A stretch of DNA of 63,997 nucleotides, filler included, from Bigelowiella natans CCMP2755 (lineage: Eukaryota; Protista; Cercozoa): NCBI GenBank assembly GCA_000320545.1. It is 7 parts of 7 records of this genome, joined end to end, with 100 filler letters (N's around TTAATTAATTAA, not from the genome) between each part and the next. Parts side by side here need not be neighbours in the genome. Positions count along the whole stretch, not along the records: positions 46,757 to 59,286 come from ADNK01000548.1; positions 59,387 to 62,887 come from ADNK01000817.1; positions 62,988 to 63,997 come from ADNK01001187.1; 4 more parts are not named here. The stretch is one strand, 5' to 3'. The notes under the pieces were generated by a model that was not told where the DNA came from, searched no databases, and saw only the letters and a program-made list of their open reading frames with translations. This document shows, piece by piece, positions 53,214 through 63,997 of the stretch (the stretch's first letter is position 1; each line of letters opens with the position of its first letter). A program made the position numbers and the translations under genes.

Positions 53214-54845
53214 ATGGAGGAAAAAGGAGATGGCAGCCCCCCCGTTTGCGCCAAGCCTAGTTGTGGGGACAAGCAAGTCCTAAATATGGTTCTCAGACCC
53301 GCCCCCCGAGCGCCAATATGCCCAATGTGTTCGGTTGCAGTGCCCATTCGCAGGTTTCTATCTTAGATCTACATGTACCTAATATTTTCAATGTCCCTTA
53401 ATTAAACATTTCCATACTCAATCAATAAGATATTAAAAATAACTTTGTAGAGGAGAAGACCCAAACGAGCGGGTCGACAGGCACATCATGGAAGTAAGGA
53501 ACGCACACTCCCAACACATTTTGCAGGGATTATTTTACTACTCCATGCCACCACAACATTCATGTCATCATCATCATCACCATCACTACGATAAAGAAGC
53601 TACCCTACACCTTCAGGGTTGCCCAAAACCTTTCAAGATCCAAGTAAATATTATGCCAAACGATAAGGTAAGATTACAACGATACTCAAAATTGTTTACA
53701 AGACTATTTCCCCCAGATCGAGGAAAGGCAAAACTGCATTCTTTTGTGTGCTCGTGAAATTGAATGCATCTGCGGTAGCAGCAGCATCATCATCAGTTGG
53801 AAATTGAATATAAGATGACTGTAGCAACGTGCGTCCAGAGAGTGCTTTTTGGGTGGGCAAAGGCTGGGTGGCGTTGATGAATTCAACACAATGTTACAGA
53901 AGCGGAAAACAGCGACCGATGACGAGAAGAATGCGAGCAAGACCGACGAGAAACTCTCATCGCAAAGAGTTGTTGAAAGAGTAATCAACACACAAACAAA
54001 ACAGGCATGCCACTTCATGTATTATTCACACGTGCATCTTTTGTATTATAAACAGGCAACAACGGCTGCAGCCGCAGCTCTTGGAGAGAACGAGTCTGTA
54101 ATTTGCTTTCCTGACTAGAAGATTCATTTGCAATTAAAAAATGAGAAATGTTGATGCATGCATAACCTGTTTTTCTTCTATGAGAAAACGAAAACGTGAT
54201 GGATTTTTTGGGTCCCTTTAAATATTCGTTGAATCTTTTTTTTTATTGAATTTGGATATCCTAATGCTGATTTGCGTATGGGATGAATTAATACGGCAGC
54301 AGTCTCAATGACTTCAGTGGCGTAGACTTTAGCTATGGAGACAACATCTTTGAGGAAGCTGGCAAATTTCTTGGAGAATTAGGTCTACTACACGACGCCC
54401 CACAATCATTATAATGCCATGATAATGTGTCTAATGGTTTGTCATCAAGGCGAGGAGGGACTCAACTCTGTCTTCACGTCAAACCCATTAATGTTTGTTC
54501 GAAGGAGAGGAAGAAGAAGAAATCACAAATGAGAAGATTCTAATCAAACAGCGAGACACGAAAGAGAGAAAAGAAGCCAAGGATTGCACACAATTTCTCT
54601 TTTATTGCTGCTTCAAATATAATATGAATTGCTCAGACTACAAATTGGCGGTTGCTTATTATTATCGGCGTTATTCTTATCATCCTCATCGTTACAGGGA
54701 CGAAAACTTCGGCAGCGGACTGGCTTTTGGTCCCTTACATTTCCGACACCCTTCCTCCTCTTCTTCTGCGTCCTTACCCGCCTCGTTGGCAACTCCGCCA
54801 CCATTCCAATCGACGTCGTTTTCGCCAATGACCCACCCCAACACT

Positions 54846-54878
<33 letters not shown>

Positions 54879-56860
54879 GAGGAGGAGAAGGAGCAGGAAG
54901 CCAATTCCACCACTTCTGGGGCGTCATTTCTTGTCTCACAGCAGAGGAATACTACACGACCCCTGCCGCCTACTATAAACACCACCTACGAAAATGACTA
55001 CAATAACAACAACGACAACAATGATAATAAGAACAACGTGAACAGTATGTCTCCGCCGCTAAGAGTACGAGCGTCGTCTGCCTCTGCACAAAAAAGACGC
55101 CGACGACGTTCAAACTTGACGCATTATCCACCAACAGCTATCTCCGCTTCCTCCTCTTCGTCCTCTTCCAATACGGCCAACTCCCGTGCGCTCGTAGCTA
55201 CCCTGTACGCTTATTTCCCGTTTGAAGTCCCCCCATTCTCCACCACATATGAATAGAAAATCGCTCGCATCTGTCGTGTGAAAAACAACACATTAAACAT
55301 AAGCTAGAGTCATCTTGTTTCTATCGATTGCTGTTCATTGCTTTGTCGTATTTGAGGCTTGTTCTTTTTGATGCTATCACTAAGATTTCCCGCATCTTCG
55401 CTAGAGGAACAGGCTGCACGTACAAAACGTATCCTCAGTCGCCACATCACCCAGCAGCAGCAACAGCGGCAAAAGCAATCCACAACGATGACGACTAACT
55501 CCAATGTCAATGTTCGCAACGTCAATACTACTAGCAGCAGTAGTAATAGTAATGCGGGCGGTATAAGGAGCTCTTCCTCCTCCATATCGTCCTCTTCCTC
55601 GCAAGGAAAGGGCCAAAGGAGTAAGCTTCGAAACTTGGCAGCAAAACACCGGTGACTGAGTGAACATGTATGCTGCCTTTGTATTTGCCCAGTAGATAGC
55701 GATTCGGACAGATTTTGTGCGAGATTTTCTCCTTCTACACTCTTCCTCATCGCCGTCTCCTCGCTCGTTGTCTTCCGATCGACTGCACTGTTGCCTATGC
55801 ACAGGAGCAAGTACCTTGTATTTCAGATGATTCAGTCCCGCTCAAGGCATTGGCGTGGTGTCATCTCAGCTATGGTACATTTCTTTCTACTGCACTGGTG
55901 AGTTCCTCTGAAATCAGATAAATAAATGCTCCTTCCGACATCGTTGACTCTAATCACCCTAATGACAAAGTATTTGTAGCGAGAGTTCCTAAAAGGGGAT
56001 GATACCCCATGAAATATAGATATTAAATAGTTATAATCTCGGAAAAGTCGCAGTGTCAGAAGATTCGATTTTGTTGTTGGATTTTGTTGTTGTCGTTGTC
56101 ATTAGGTCCACTGCTATAAGGCACTGTAGGGCGGAAGAGGAGGAAGAGAAGCAAAAGGAAAAGGTACTAGGGAGAGTTTAACGAGTTATGATTGCCAATA
56201 ATCAGTGTAGACATTGTATTGAGGCTTTAGTGATGAAGTTTCCTATCACTAAAATCCACATGGTGCCTGTGATGATACTACCTCTATGATCAACATGATT
56301 CGATTCGGAAACCAATATAAGGGTTCATCTATTGGTGAGGATGATGATAATAATTCTGGGGGTTGGCAATGAATTTCGCATCCTTTTTTGTTGTCAATCG
56401 TACCCTTAGGTTGCCTCCGCTGTAATCTCTTCCACCTCCACCCTCTCTTCTTCCGGTAGAAAACGCAAAAAGTCCTCAAGGAAAAAGCAGCATCAAAGGC
56501 AAATAGTGATGGTGGGTAAAAGGACTATTGAATAATCAATATCAATCAATAGCGTTCGCCATTGTGTGTCTCATGTTTTTTGTGGTGTTTGGGGAGATAA
56601 CAAGGACCAAACAAGGTTCCTTCCCCGCATAGTCCTTACCCTTTTCGCCTTGTGTTGACCTTCTGACAGGCCAGTACAGTAGATAGCTCCTTAACGCCCC
56701 TAATAGCACCATTGTGCAAGTGTGCACAAAGTGTTGCGGAGGCCATGCTGATGACAGGTAGTAGCAATATATCAGAAGAAGTGGGTTGTCCGAAAGAGAG
56801 AACCTAATCGAAGGGGAGAATAAGATACGTATGTTGTCCCCTTTCTAAGATTTGTATGCG

Positions 56861-56900
<40 letters not shown>

Positions 56901-57746
56901 TTCGTGTTTGTTTTGTACCTTCAACAATTGTTTCGTTCTAGATCTCGACATCGCTGTCTGGAGCATGTTCCTGGAAAAGCTGCAGCCTGATTGGGTGATG
57001 CTTAAGAAGAAGAAAAAGAAGGAGGAGAGTCGATGGAGTGATATAACGAGAGGAAAGAAAAAGTAGCAGTATCCTGGAGCAATAATCACGGAAGATACAC
57101 AATTTCCACAATTTTAGGTATCCCTTCGTCCAGCTGATAAGCAGCTCGCGGCGTTGCTTTACGCAGGATACTCTATGAAGCTACTGTGGTGCAGTGTCGA
57201 GGAGCATCAGATGCTCATTCCTTATCTGCATAGAGTCCAGCCTAACTTCACGGGTGTCATTATTATTATTATCATTAGTAGTAGTAGTAATAGCAATGGT
57301 GGTGGCGGGGTAATAGTCCGTAGTTCACAGCAATCTAGCATTCTAAATAGAAAAATATGATAATTAATCCCTATCCCAAACTGCTGTATTCCTTAGCTCG
57401 GTTTGTGGAATGGATGCAGGAAAAAAAGGGCGTCAAATTTGCAATTGCACCGGTGAAAACAAACCGATCCTCCTTCTCTGTCACGATTTTATTATTCTCT
57501 TGAGCCATATGAATTGTGACGATTATAATTGACTGTTTTACTTCCAGGTCTCTCTGCGTCGTCGATACCAAAGATTCCAAGAGGATTCCATGGTCAAGTA
57601 CTTCGTCGACTCTAAGATGTTGTCATATGTTTCATTGCCCATTATTAAAGTGTTTGTAACTACAAACACGTTTCTTCTTATTCATATTTATTGACAAGTA
57701 CGTGTTAACACAGGTCCTCCAAAACAATTTCATCGATCCTCATTAA
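53214..57746 (+). CDS. Large multi-exon protein with N-terminal ZFAND2/AIRAP-type C2HC zinc finger and unknown C-terminus
   Basis: Exons 1-3 splice to APICPMCSVAVPIRRGEDPNERVDRHIMEGCPKP; low-complexity Q/S/N exons; helical C-terminal exons (DLDIAVWSMFLEKLQPDW; LAALLYAGYSMKLLW). 3' end approximate. Confidence 0.6.
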
Positions 57747-58293
57747 AATTGAACTCATGGAAGAGACGTTGAGACGTGACCGTACTAGCGTACCAGACAT
57801 GCTTGCGCTGGTCCACATTTACGAGTTTGTCGTTTTGGATCTATTTCTTCTCGTGCACGTTGAGACATGCACAAAATCTAGCCAAATTTCAATCGTAAGC
57901 ATTGATGCAGCGAACATGTTATAATAGACACAGCAATACACTATATATAATATATATATTGTGTATTGCATGTCTATCATAAGTATACCTAGCAATTTCA
58001 TGGACTGCCTTGTGTGTTGCACGCTCAACAACATCAATCCGTTCATTTCGGTTTGGGATCATCAATGTGCACAAGTTAGGCTCTTCATTACACATGCACG
58101 AACAACAAGCTTCTTGTATACATGATCTGTGCACAACAATGTCATTCGTCCCATCGTGTAATTGCACCGCCCGCTAAACATGTGCACTTAATCAAGTCGT
58201 GCATGACCCTGCGCGTGCATTGTGCAAATCCATTGACATGATTGATCATGCTTTAAGTAACTCTTGATGTCCTTGATGCATGTGACATGCACT

Positions 58294-58836
58294 CTACTTG
58301 GATAGATACGGTCCATATTTATCAGGGTATCGTTTAACACGCTTACTCCTTCTTCTTGTAACAACCTCTTTGACTTCGAATGAACGTGGGATCGTGCGAA
58401 TACAATTACTGCGACGTTTTCTCCTCTCTCTCTTCACTTTTGTGTGCACGATGCTCCTTGTATCTGGTGAACTCACTGAACCCACTATATTATCTGCCTC
58501 TTCAATGACATTTAACAAAAGCGATTCAACCATTCTCACCCCCCTTTCAATGTTGTGAATGTGAAGAAGGAGAGTTTTAAGTCCACTCTGTGTCGGTAAC
58601 CCCTTTGCTTGATCAATGAAATCCCACAAATGCGACTCAGCTAATGCCGCCTCTCCCTTGATGACACGGAGAAGAACAACTTTGAGTCTCTTCAGTTTCT
58701 CCAAAAGTGGCGATTTGGCATCCCTTTGATTTGCTTCCATGTTATCATGTCCTCGTCTCCTAATGGGGGGGGGTTGAGTTGTGTTCCCTCTTGTAGAAAT
58801 ACCAACAACAATATCCCACAACAACTCTAAAAACAT
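58294..58836 (-). CDS. Intronless 180-aa ORF with basic C-terminus RRSKRVKRYPDKYG
   Basis: ATG-initiated uninterrupted ORF with protein-like composition; no recognised family. Confidence 0.45.
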   Translation of the reverse strand: MFLELLWDIVVGISTRGNTTQPPPIRRRGHDNMEANQRDAKSPLLEKLKRLKVVLLRVIKGEAALAESHLWDFIDQAKGLPTQSGLKTLLLHIHNIERGVRMVESLLLNVIEEADNIVGSVSSPDTRSIVHTKVKRERRKRRSNCIRTIPRSFEVKEVVTRRRSKRVKRYPDKYGPYLSK

Positions 58837-59286
58837 CGAGAAAATATCGTAGGAAATTACGGACTAAAAAGTCGACTCATTGCCTCAAACCCCCAATCTC
58901 AACCTGTCTACGTTTTGAGAAATACAGCCTACGTTTTGCAGTTGCGACATGTATCTCTTTGATGAATAAAAAATAAAAAAAAACAATTCGCACGATGTGT
59001 CTTCCCGCGAAATCTGAGTAAAATGAAATTTATTTATTTCTCTAGAGTGTAAAACCTAAAGGTATAGGTAGCTTTTGGGTAAAGGTAGCTTTTAGGTATT
59101 TTAGGTACTTTTACTGTTTACTTTTAACTTTAGAACATCACATTAAACTTTTTACCTTTACATACAAAATCAAAAAGAGTTCGTTTAGGAAGATCATCAT
59201 TCCATCATCTTCATTCATACTTCTTGGTAGGATTACGATGATGTGGGCAAGTCTAAGATTAGAAGCAATAAACGTTTCGATTTGCT

Positions 59287-59386
59287 NNNNNNNNNNNNNN
59301 NNNNNNNNNNNNNNNNNNNNNNNNNNNNNNTTAATTAATTAANNNNNNNNNNNNNNNNNNNNNNNNNNNNNNNNNNNNNNNNNNNN
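59287..59386. other. Artificial contig spacer
   Basis: N44-TTAATTAATTAA-N44. Confidence 0.98.
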
Positions 59387-59822
59387 TGTTTCCACATGCT
59401 AGCATGGTCATCGAGGGTGCGACCATTCAATAGTATTGAAAACTGTGATACATGGCAAGTATTCAAGACAAGGCACAAGCTACACTTCAGATCAGAGCTG
59501 GAATCATCTATGTTTTGAACTTCACATGTCTCTAGGGAGCACAATTATCAAACGCACACATGTAGTGATGCCTCATCCACGGTTTTCCGGGCTGGTTCAA
59601 CGTGGTCATCAATCTGCAAGTGCTTGTGAAGTGTTCAATTATATGCAAATAAAGGGTGGGGGGGGGGGGGGGGAGTTGAGTGAGTGAGAGAGAGAGAGAG
59701 AGTAGTAGAGAGTGATTGAGAGAGGGAAACGGAAGGGTACATAGAGACTTTAGGAAGAGAAGAGCAGAAGTAAAAGAATCAGTGTTAGACGTCCTTTGCT
59801 GCTGATGATGATTATGATGATA

Positions 59823-59853
<31 letters not shown>

Positions 59854-60382
59854 TCTCTTTGCACTACTATTCCCCAGCAGCAGACAGAATCAAAAGAACT
59901 ATATATACTACTATTCAGAACGAGTAATCTAAACGATGGTACACCCCCCCCTCTTTCCCCTCCCAGCCTCCATTGTTACCGCATCTTCTCACAGCTGAAG
60001 CAGCGCCGCCCTTGCGAGTGTCATCGACCCAGCAGCTCTCCTCTTCGTCATCCTCCTCCTCCCCGTCTCTGCACTCATTGTTCCAATCATGCCTGGAACC
60101 ACCTCTCTGCCTCCCTTTCTCACCCCCCCTCTTCATCACCATTCTGGGGCCGCCGCGAGCACCGAGCTCCCTTGCCGCGTCCATCATGCCTCCGTTAGGC
60201 GTCTGTGTTGTTTGTGGTCAATGTTGTTAGATTCGTTTCATGGTGCGAAAGGGACAACGCAAGCACGCGTTGTTAGCAAGGGTGGTATAGTCAGCAGGGT
60301 AGACTATGCAACCTTCGCTTCCTCGAAAGAGCTAGCACCAAAATGTACGATATCTGCCATCAGACTACGTAAAACACAATAC

Positions 60383-60488
60383 GATAGCGATACTTTAATC
60401 GTTCCCTCTCCAACAACTCCCTAATCCCTTCCACAATTAACCGCACAATTAGCACCACGCAGACTCGAACACGCACTCACACACACAC

Positions 60489-60543
<55 letters not shown>

Positions 60544-60548
60544 ATACG

Positions 60549-60588
<40 letters not shown>

Positions 60589-60642
60589 GATGGTGAGGGA
60601 TTAGGGAGTTGTTGGAGAGGGAACGATTAAAGTATCGCTATC
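60383..60642. repeat. Perfect 47-bp inverted repeat (60383-60429 / 60596-60642) enclosing microsatellites
   Basis: GATAGCGATACTTTAATCGTTCCCTCTCCAACAACTCCCTAATCCCT and its exact reverse complement. Confidence 0.95.
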
Positions 60643-60711
60643 ATCTTGGGGGAAACGGGGTTAGAGGTTGGTGTTAGTGGTGGTGCAGAGTCAAGTAAAT
60701 ATCGTGCTATT

Positions 60712-60746
<35 letters not shown>

Positions 60747-61458
60747 CATTATCATTATTAGTATTATTATTCTTATTTTATGCAGCGGACAGACGTGTCT
60801 CCGATCTTCTTTGCATCCTGCTGCCCTCGTCGCCGCTCCTGCTGCTGCTGCTGAGCACTAATATCAATCGCATTGAGGCCTCCCATTCGTCCATGCTGCC
60901 GTGGAGAAGCGAAGGACGAGTGTGCCTCCCAACCCTTGCCGTAGTTGTCTTCATCGTCGTCGTCGTAGTCGTCGTCACCCTGAGCATCCTTGGTCTGCCA
61001 ACCATCTCTGTCCTTGTTGTTTTTAACTTGATCATCGTGGTGGTGGTGCCTGAACGGCTGCTGCTGTGCTGATGAAAAGGACGCTGTTGCTGCTGCTACT
61101 GCTGCAGATAAGGACTCGGATGTTTCCGTTCTTCTTCGCCTATATCCGCTGATCTCCGCCCCCTCCCCATCATGGCTATGCTTCGCATCCTTCCTTCCTA
61201 GTTTCAGCTGCCTCTGTGGTGGGGGCTCCGCAAGTAGTCGTTGTTTGCGGGAAGAAGACTCCCGCTCCTCCACATTTTTCTTCAGCCGCACCTTGCTCTC
61301 TCCTCGCGGTCTCTGGCTTTTTCTTTCTTCTTCCTCTCTTTCTTCTCCATCGTCGTCATCGTCCTCTTCCGTATTTCTCAATGTGAGCAGCTCGGCGGGC
61401 AGCGGCTCCAGCGGTCCCTTGATCCCTGCGTGCGTTAACACGTACATGTACGCACAAA

Positions 61459-61497
<39 letters not shown>

Positions 61498-62389
61498 CCA
61501 CATCAGCAATAAGTACCAAGGGGGGGGGGAGGGTTTTTAGTGATCCATAGCAGTGATAGTAAAGAATAGTACCAAAGGCTGTTTCCAGTATGAAGAGGGG
61601 TGGGGGGGGGGGGGGGGGGTATGCATGCATGTATCTATATTGTCACCGAAGCGCTCCCGCAGCACCGGTGATGGCTCCCATGCTCCTACGAGGTAGGAAG
61701 AGGAGGAGGGCGTCTTCGATGTGTCTGGCCTTTCACTGTTCCCCACTCTCTTTGCCGCTGCTATCGCCTCCGCCTCCGCATCCGCTCGCTCCTTCTTAAA
61801 AATTTTCCCATTATTACGACACGCAAAAACAACCAATACACTCACTCTCGAATTTTACTCAAATAAAAAAAAACAAAGAGGGCGGGCAAGGCTGTGGAGG
61901 CGAAAGAGATCTAGCGGCCTGCGACATGGGCTTCTGCTTCCATCGTCGCCGATTTTGCGGCGATTCTGTGTGTGTTTTCATCCCGCCTCTCAGTGTGGTG
62001 GATCACAGAAAGCCGGCTAGTTGGCGTATGAATGACCTGCTGCTTTGATGGGATCGTTGTCGCTCCTGACCCCGCTGCTGCGGGGATCAGTTTGGCGCCG
62101 GGGGGGGGGGACCATTGCGGCACGCGATCGTGCTTGTGGTAGAAGTATCTTATGCCCTGCAGCAGTACGTCCAAACGATTGTGATGATGATGACGATGAT
62201 GATGATGATGATGATGAATACGATAGCGAGTATATTGGTGAGAACAATGCAAGCCACTGTATATGAGGTCAGGTCAATCATCGAGCATTTGCTCATTCAC
62301 TGACCCTTTTCTCGTCTTTTGCCGTCCTCCATCCTTTTGGCAACGCGTACTCTCCCTCCTCCTCCTTTGCCGCAGCAGCAGCAGCTGAA

Positions 62390-62429
<40 letters not shown>

Positions 62430-62700
62430 TTTATACTTTTGTACTCAAAGGACCCAAAACGCAAAATTGCATATGCTGTAAAGGGTAAATGGGTGTCTTT
62501 AGCGGTGTTTCCTTCCTTTTCCCTTTTACATATCCAGTTGACTACTATTTCTACTACTGCTAGAAGCACCATCTCTGTCTTTTTGCGAGGATGAGCTCCT
62601 ATGATGTCGTTCCTTCTTCTGCGAATCGCCGTCCTTGTTTTCCCTGTATTCTTGGTAGGCCTCTCGCACTTGATCTTTTACCACCTCCGGCTATAGAAAG
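60600..62700 (-). CDS. Hypothetical low-complexity, charged multi-exon protein (5' truncated)
   Basis: Long open acidic/basic segment (within ORF 60773-61630) plus exons such as RLDVLLQGIRYFYHKHDRVPQW and YLVGAWEPSPVLRERFGDNID. Confidence 0.5.
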
Positions 62701-62887
62701 AGGAACACATACAAGCAACAACAACAACAACAACAACAACAATAACAACAACAACCCGCTCTGAGAGCTTATCTTTCGCCGTCGTCAATTCGAACAACGC
62801 ACACATACACACACACACACACAGAGAGAGAGAGAGGGGGGGGGGGGGGGGGGGGGGAGCAAAAAAAAATGAATTTTTGATTTTCAG

Positions 62888-62987
62888 NNNNNNNNNNNNN
62901 NNNNNNNNNNNNNNNNNNNNNNNNNNNNNNNTTAATTAATTAANNNNNNNNNNNNNNNNNNNNNNNNNNNNNNNNNNNNNNNNNNNN
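62888..62987. other. Artificial contig spacer
   Basis: N44-TTAATTAATTAA-N44. Confidence 0.98.
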
Positions 62988-63031
62988 GCGAGCCAGAGAG
63001 AGTGTGTGCCTGTGTCTGATGTGTGTGATAG

Positions 63032-63073
<42 letters not shown>

Positions 63074-63329
63074 CATACACACACACACACACACACAAAC
63101 AGCCAAACTATTACTACCTTTGGGTGGCGCCTTGAACTCGAAGGAAGGAGGGTAGGCCTTATTTCACAACAGGCATCATTATCATCATCATCATCATCAT
63201 CATCATCGGCAGGATGCACACGAGTTAATCAACACAGATATATGTCACCAACCCTACAGCGCAACCCTCCCCTCGTTCCCCCCTTGCCGCCCCCTCCTCT
63301 CCCCCGCTTTCCTCCTCCTCCTTCCTACC

Positions 63330-63581
63330 TTTTTTTCCGGGTCTTGCGGGTTCATAAGGCTGCAGCACTTGGGGCATTGGATGAACAAGGCGTTTTCCGG
63401 GTGCGAAAGCAGCTCGCCGCACTCGAAGCAGTCGGTTTGCTTCGGCGTGAGCGCGCTCACCTTCTCCAGGCACTTGGGGCACTGCACGAGCAAGGAGTCG
63501 AGCGGAAACCACAGCTGCGTGGCGCAGTACGTGCAGAAACTCGATTGCTGTGTGTATGAGTGTATGAGTGTATGAGTGTAT

Positions 63582-63617
<36 letters not shown>

Positions 63618-63706
63618 CAGGTGTGCATGTATAAATATCCTAGTGCAAGCTGCATGATTCTCTTTTCTCTATGACATCGTCCTCTCTCCCGACATTGTAT
63701 ACATTC

Positions 63707-63737
<31 letters not shown>

Positions 63738-63997
63738 CGTAGGAGAATCGCAATTGCTTGAGCAGAATCTTCTCCGCCTCTTCCTGCTCCTGCAGCTGCC
63801 GCCTCTTCTTCTTCGTCAACTTGGGCGTGCGCCCCCCCCCCCCACCCCCAGGACTCCGCATCACCGTGGCGGGGGAAAACCTGACTGTGCAGGGGGCGGG
63901 AGGGGCAGCGACGATGGGGCACCGTCTCCTGCGACAGCTCTTTCCAACGATCAGGGTCCCCGCTTACCACAGGGGTGGGTAAGTATTTCCATCTCTG
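63330..63997 (-). CDS. Fragment of a protein with two tandem LSD1-type C4 zinc fingers
   Basis: CTYCATQLWFPLDSLLVQCPKC and CFECGELLSHPENALFIQCPKC match the CxxC-x14-CxxC LSD1 finger pattern. Confidence 0.65.

Overview
Eukaryotic nuclear DNA made of seven separate contigs joined by artificial 100-nt spacers (N44-TTAATTAATTAA-N44), so adjacency across spacers means nothing. The genes are intron-rich and many introns carry microsatellites. Signal-peptide-like leaders on DXS, a PPR protein and a glyoxalase (with a clear transit peptide on DXS) point to an alga with a secondary plastid; a chlorarachniophyte is plausible (inference). Genes spliced by eye: a PH-FYVE-TKL kinase, dynactin p62, a DAG-lipase-like class 3 lipase, a PPR protein, DXS, an RlaP/YcgL-like Pol-beta nucleotidyltransferase, a CBA1-like cobalamin-acquisition protein with a SEA-like membrane anchor, an EH-domain protein, a two-domain glyoxalase, VPS26, a TTC4/Cns1 3' fragment, a HYR-domain surface protein, an AIRAP-type zinc-finger protein and an LSD1-type zinc-finger fragment. 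The most striking unexplained signal is a set of 0.7-1.3 kb intergenic patches downstream of gene 3' ends that are almost free of TpA. The surviving TpAs are mostly CTAG (or GTAG/CTAC), and three patches share a degenerate repeat. This looks like a RIP-like process running the opposite way (A->G/T->C at TpA). Exon boundaries and counts are manual and approximate.
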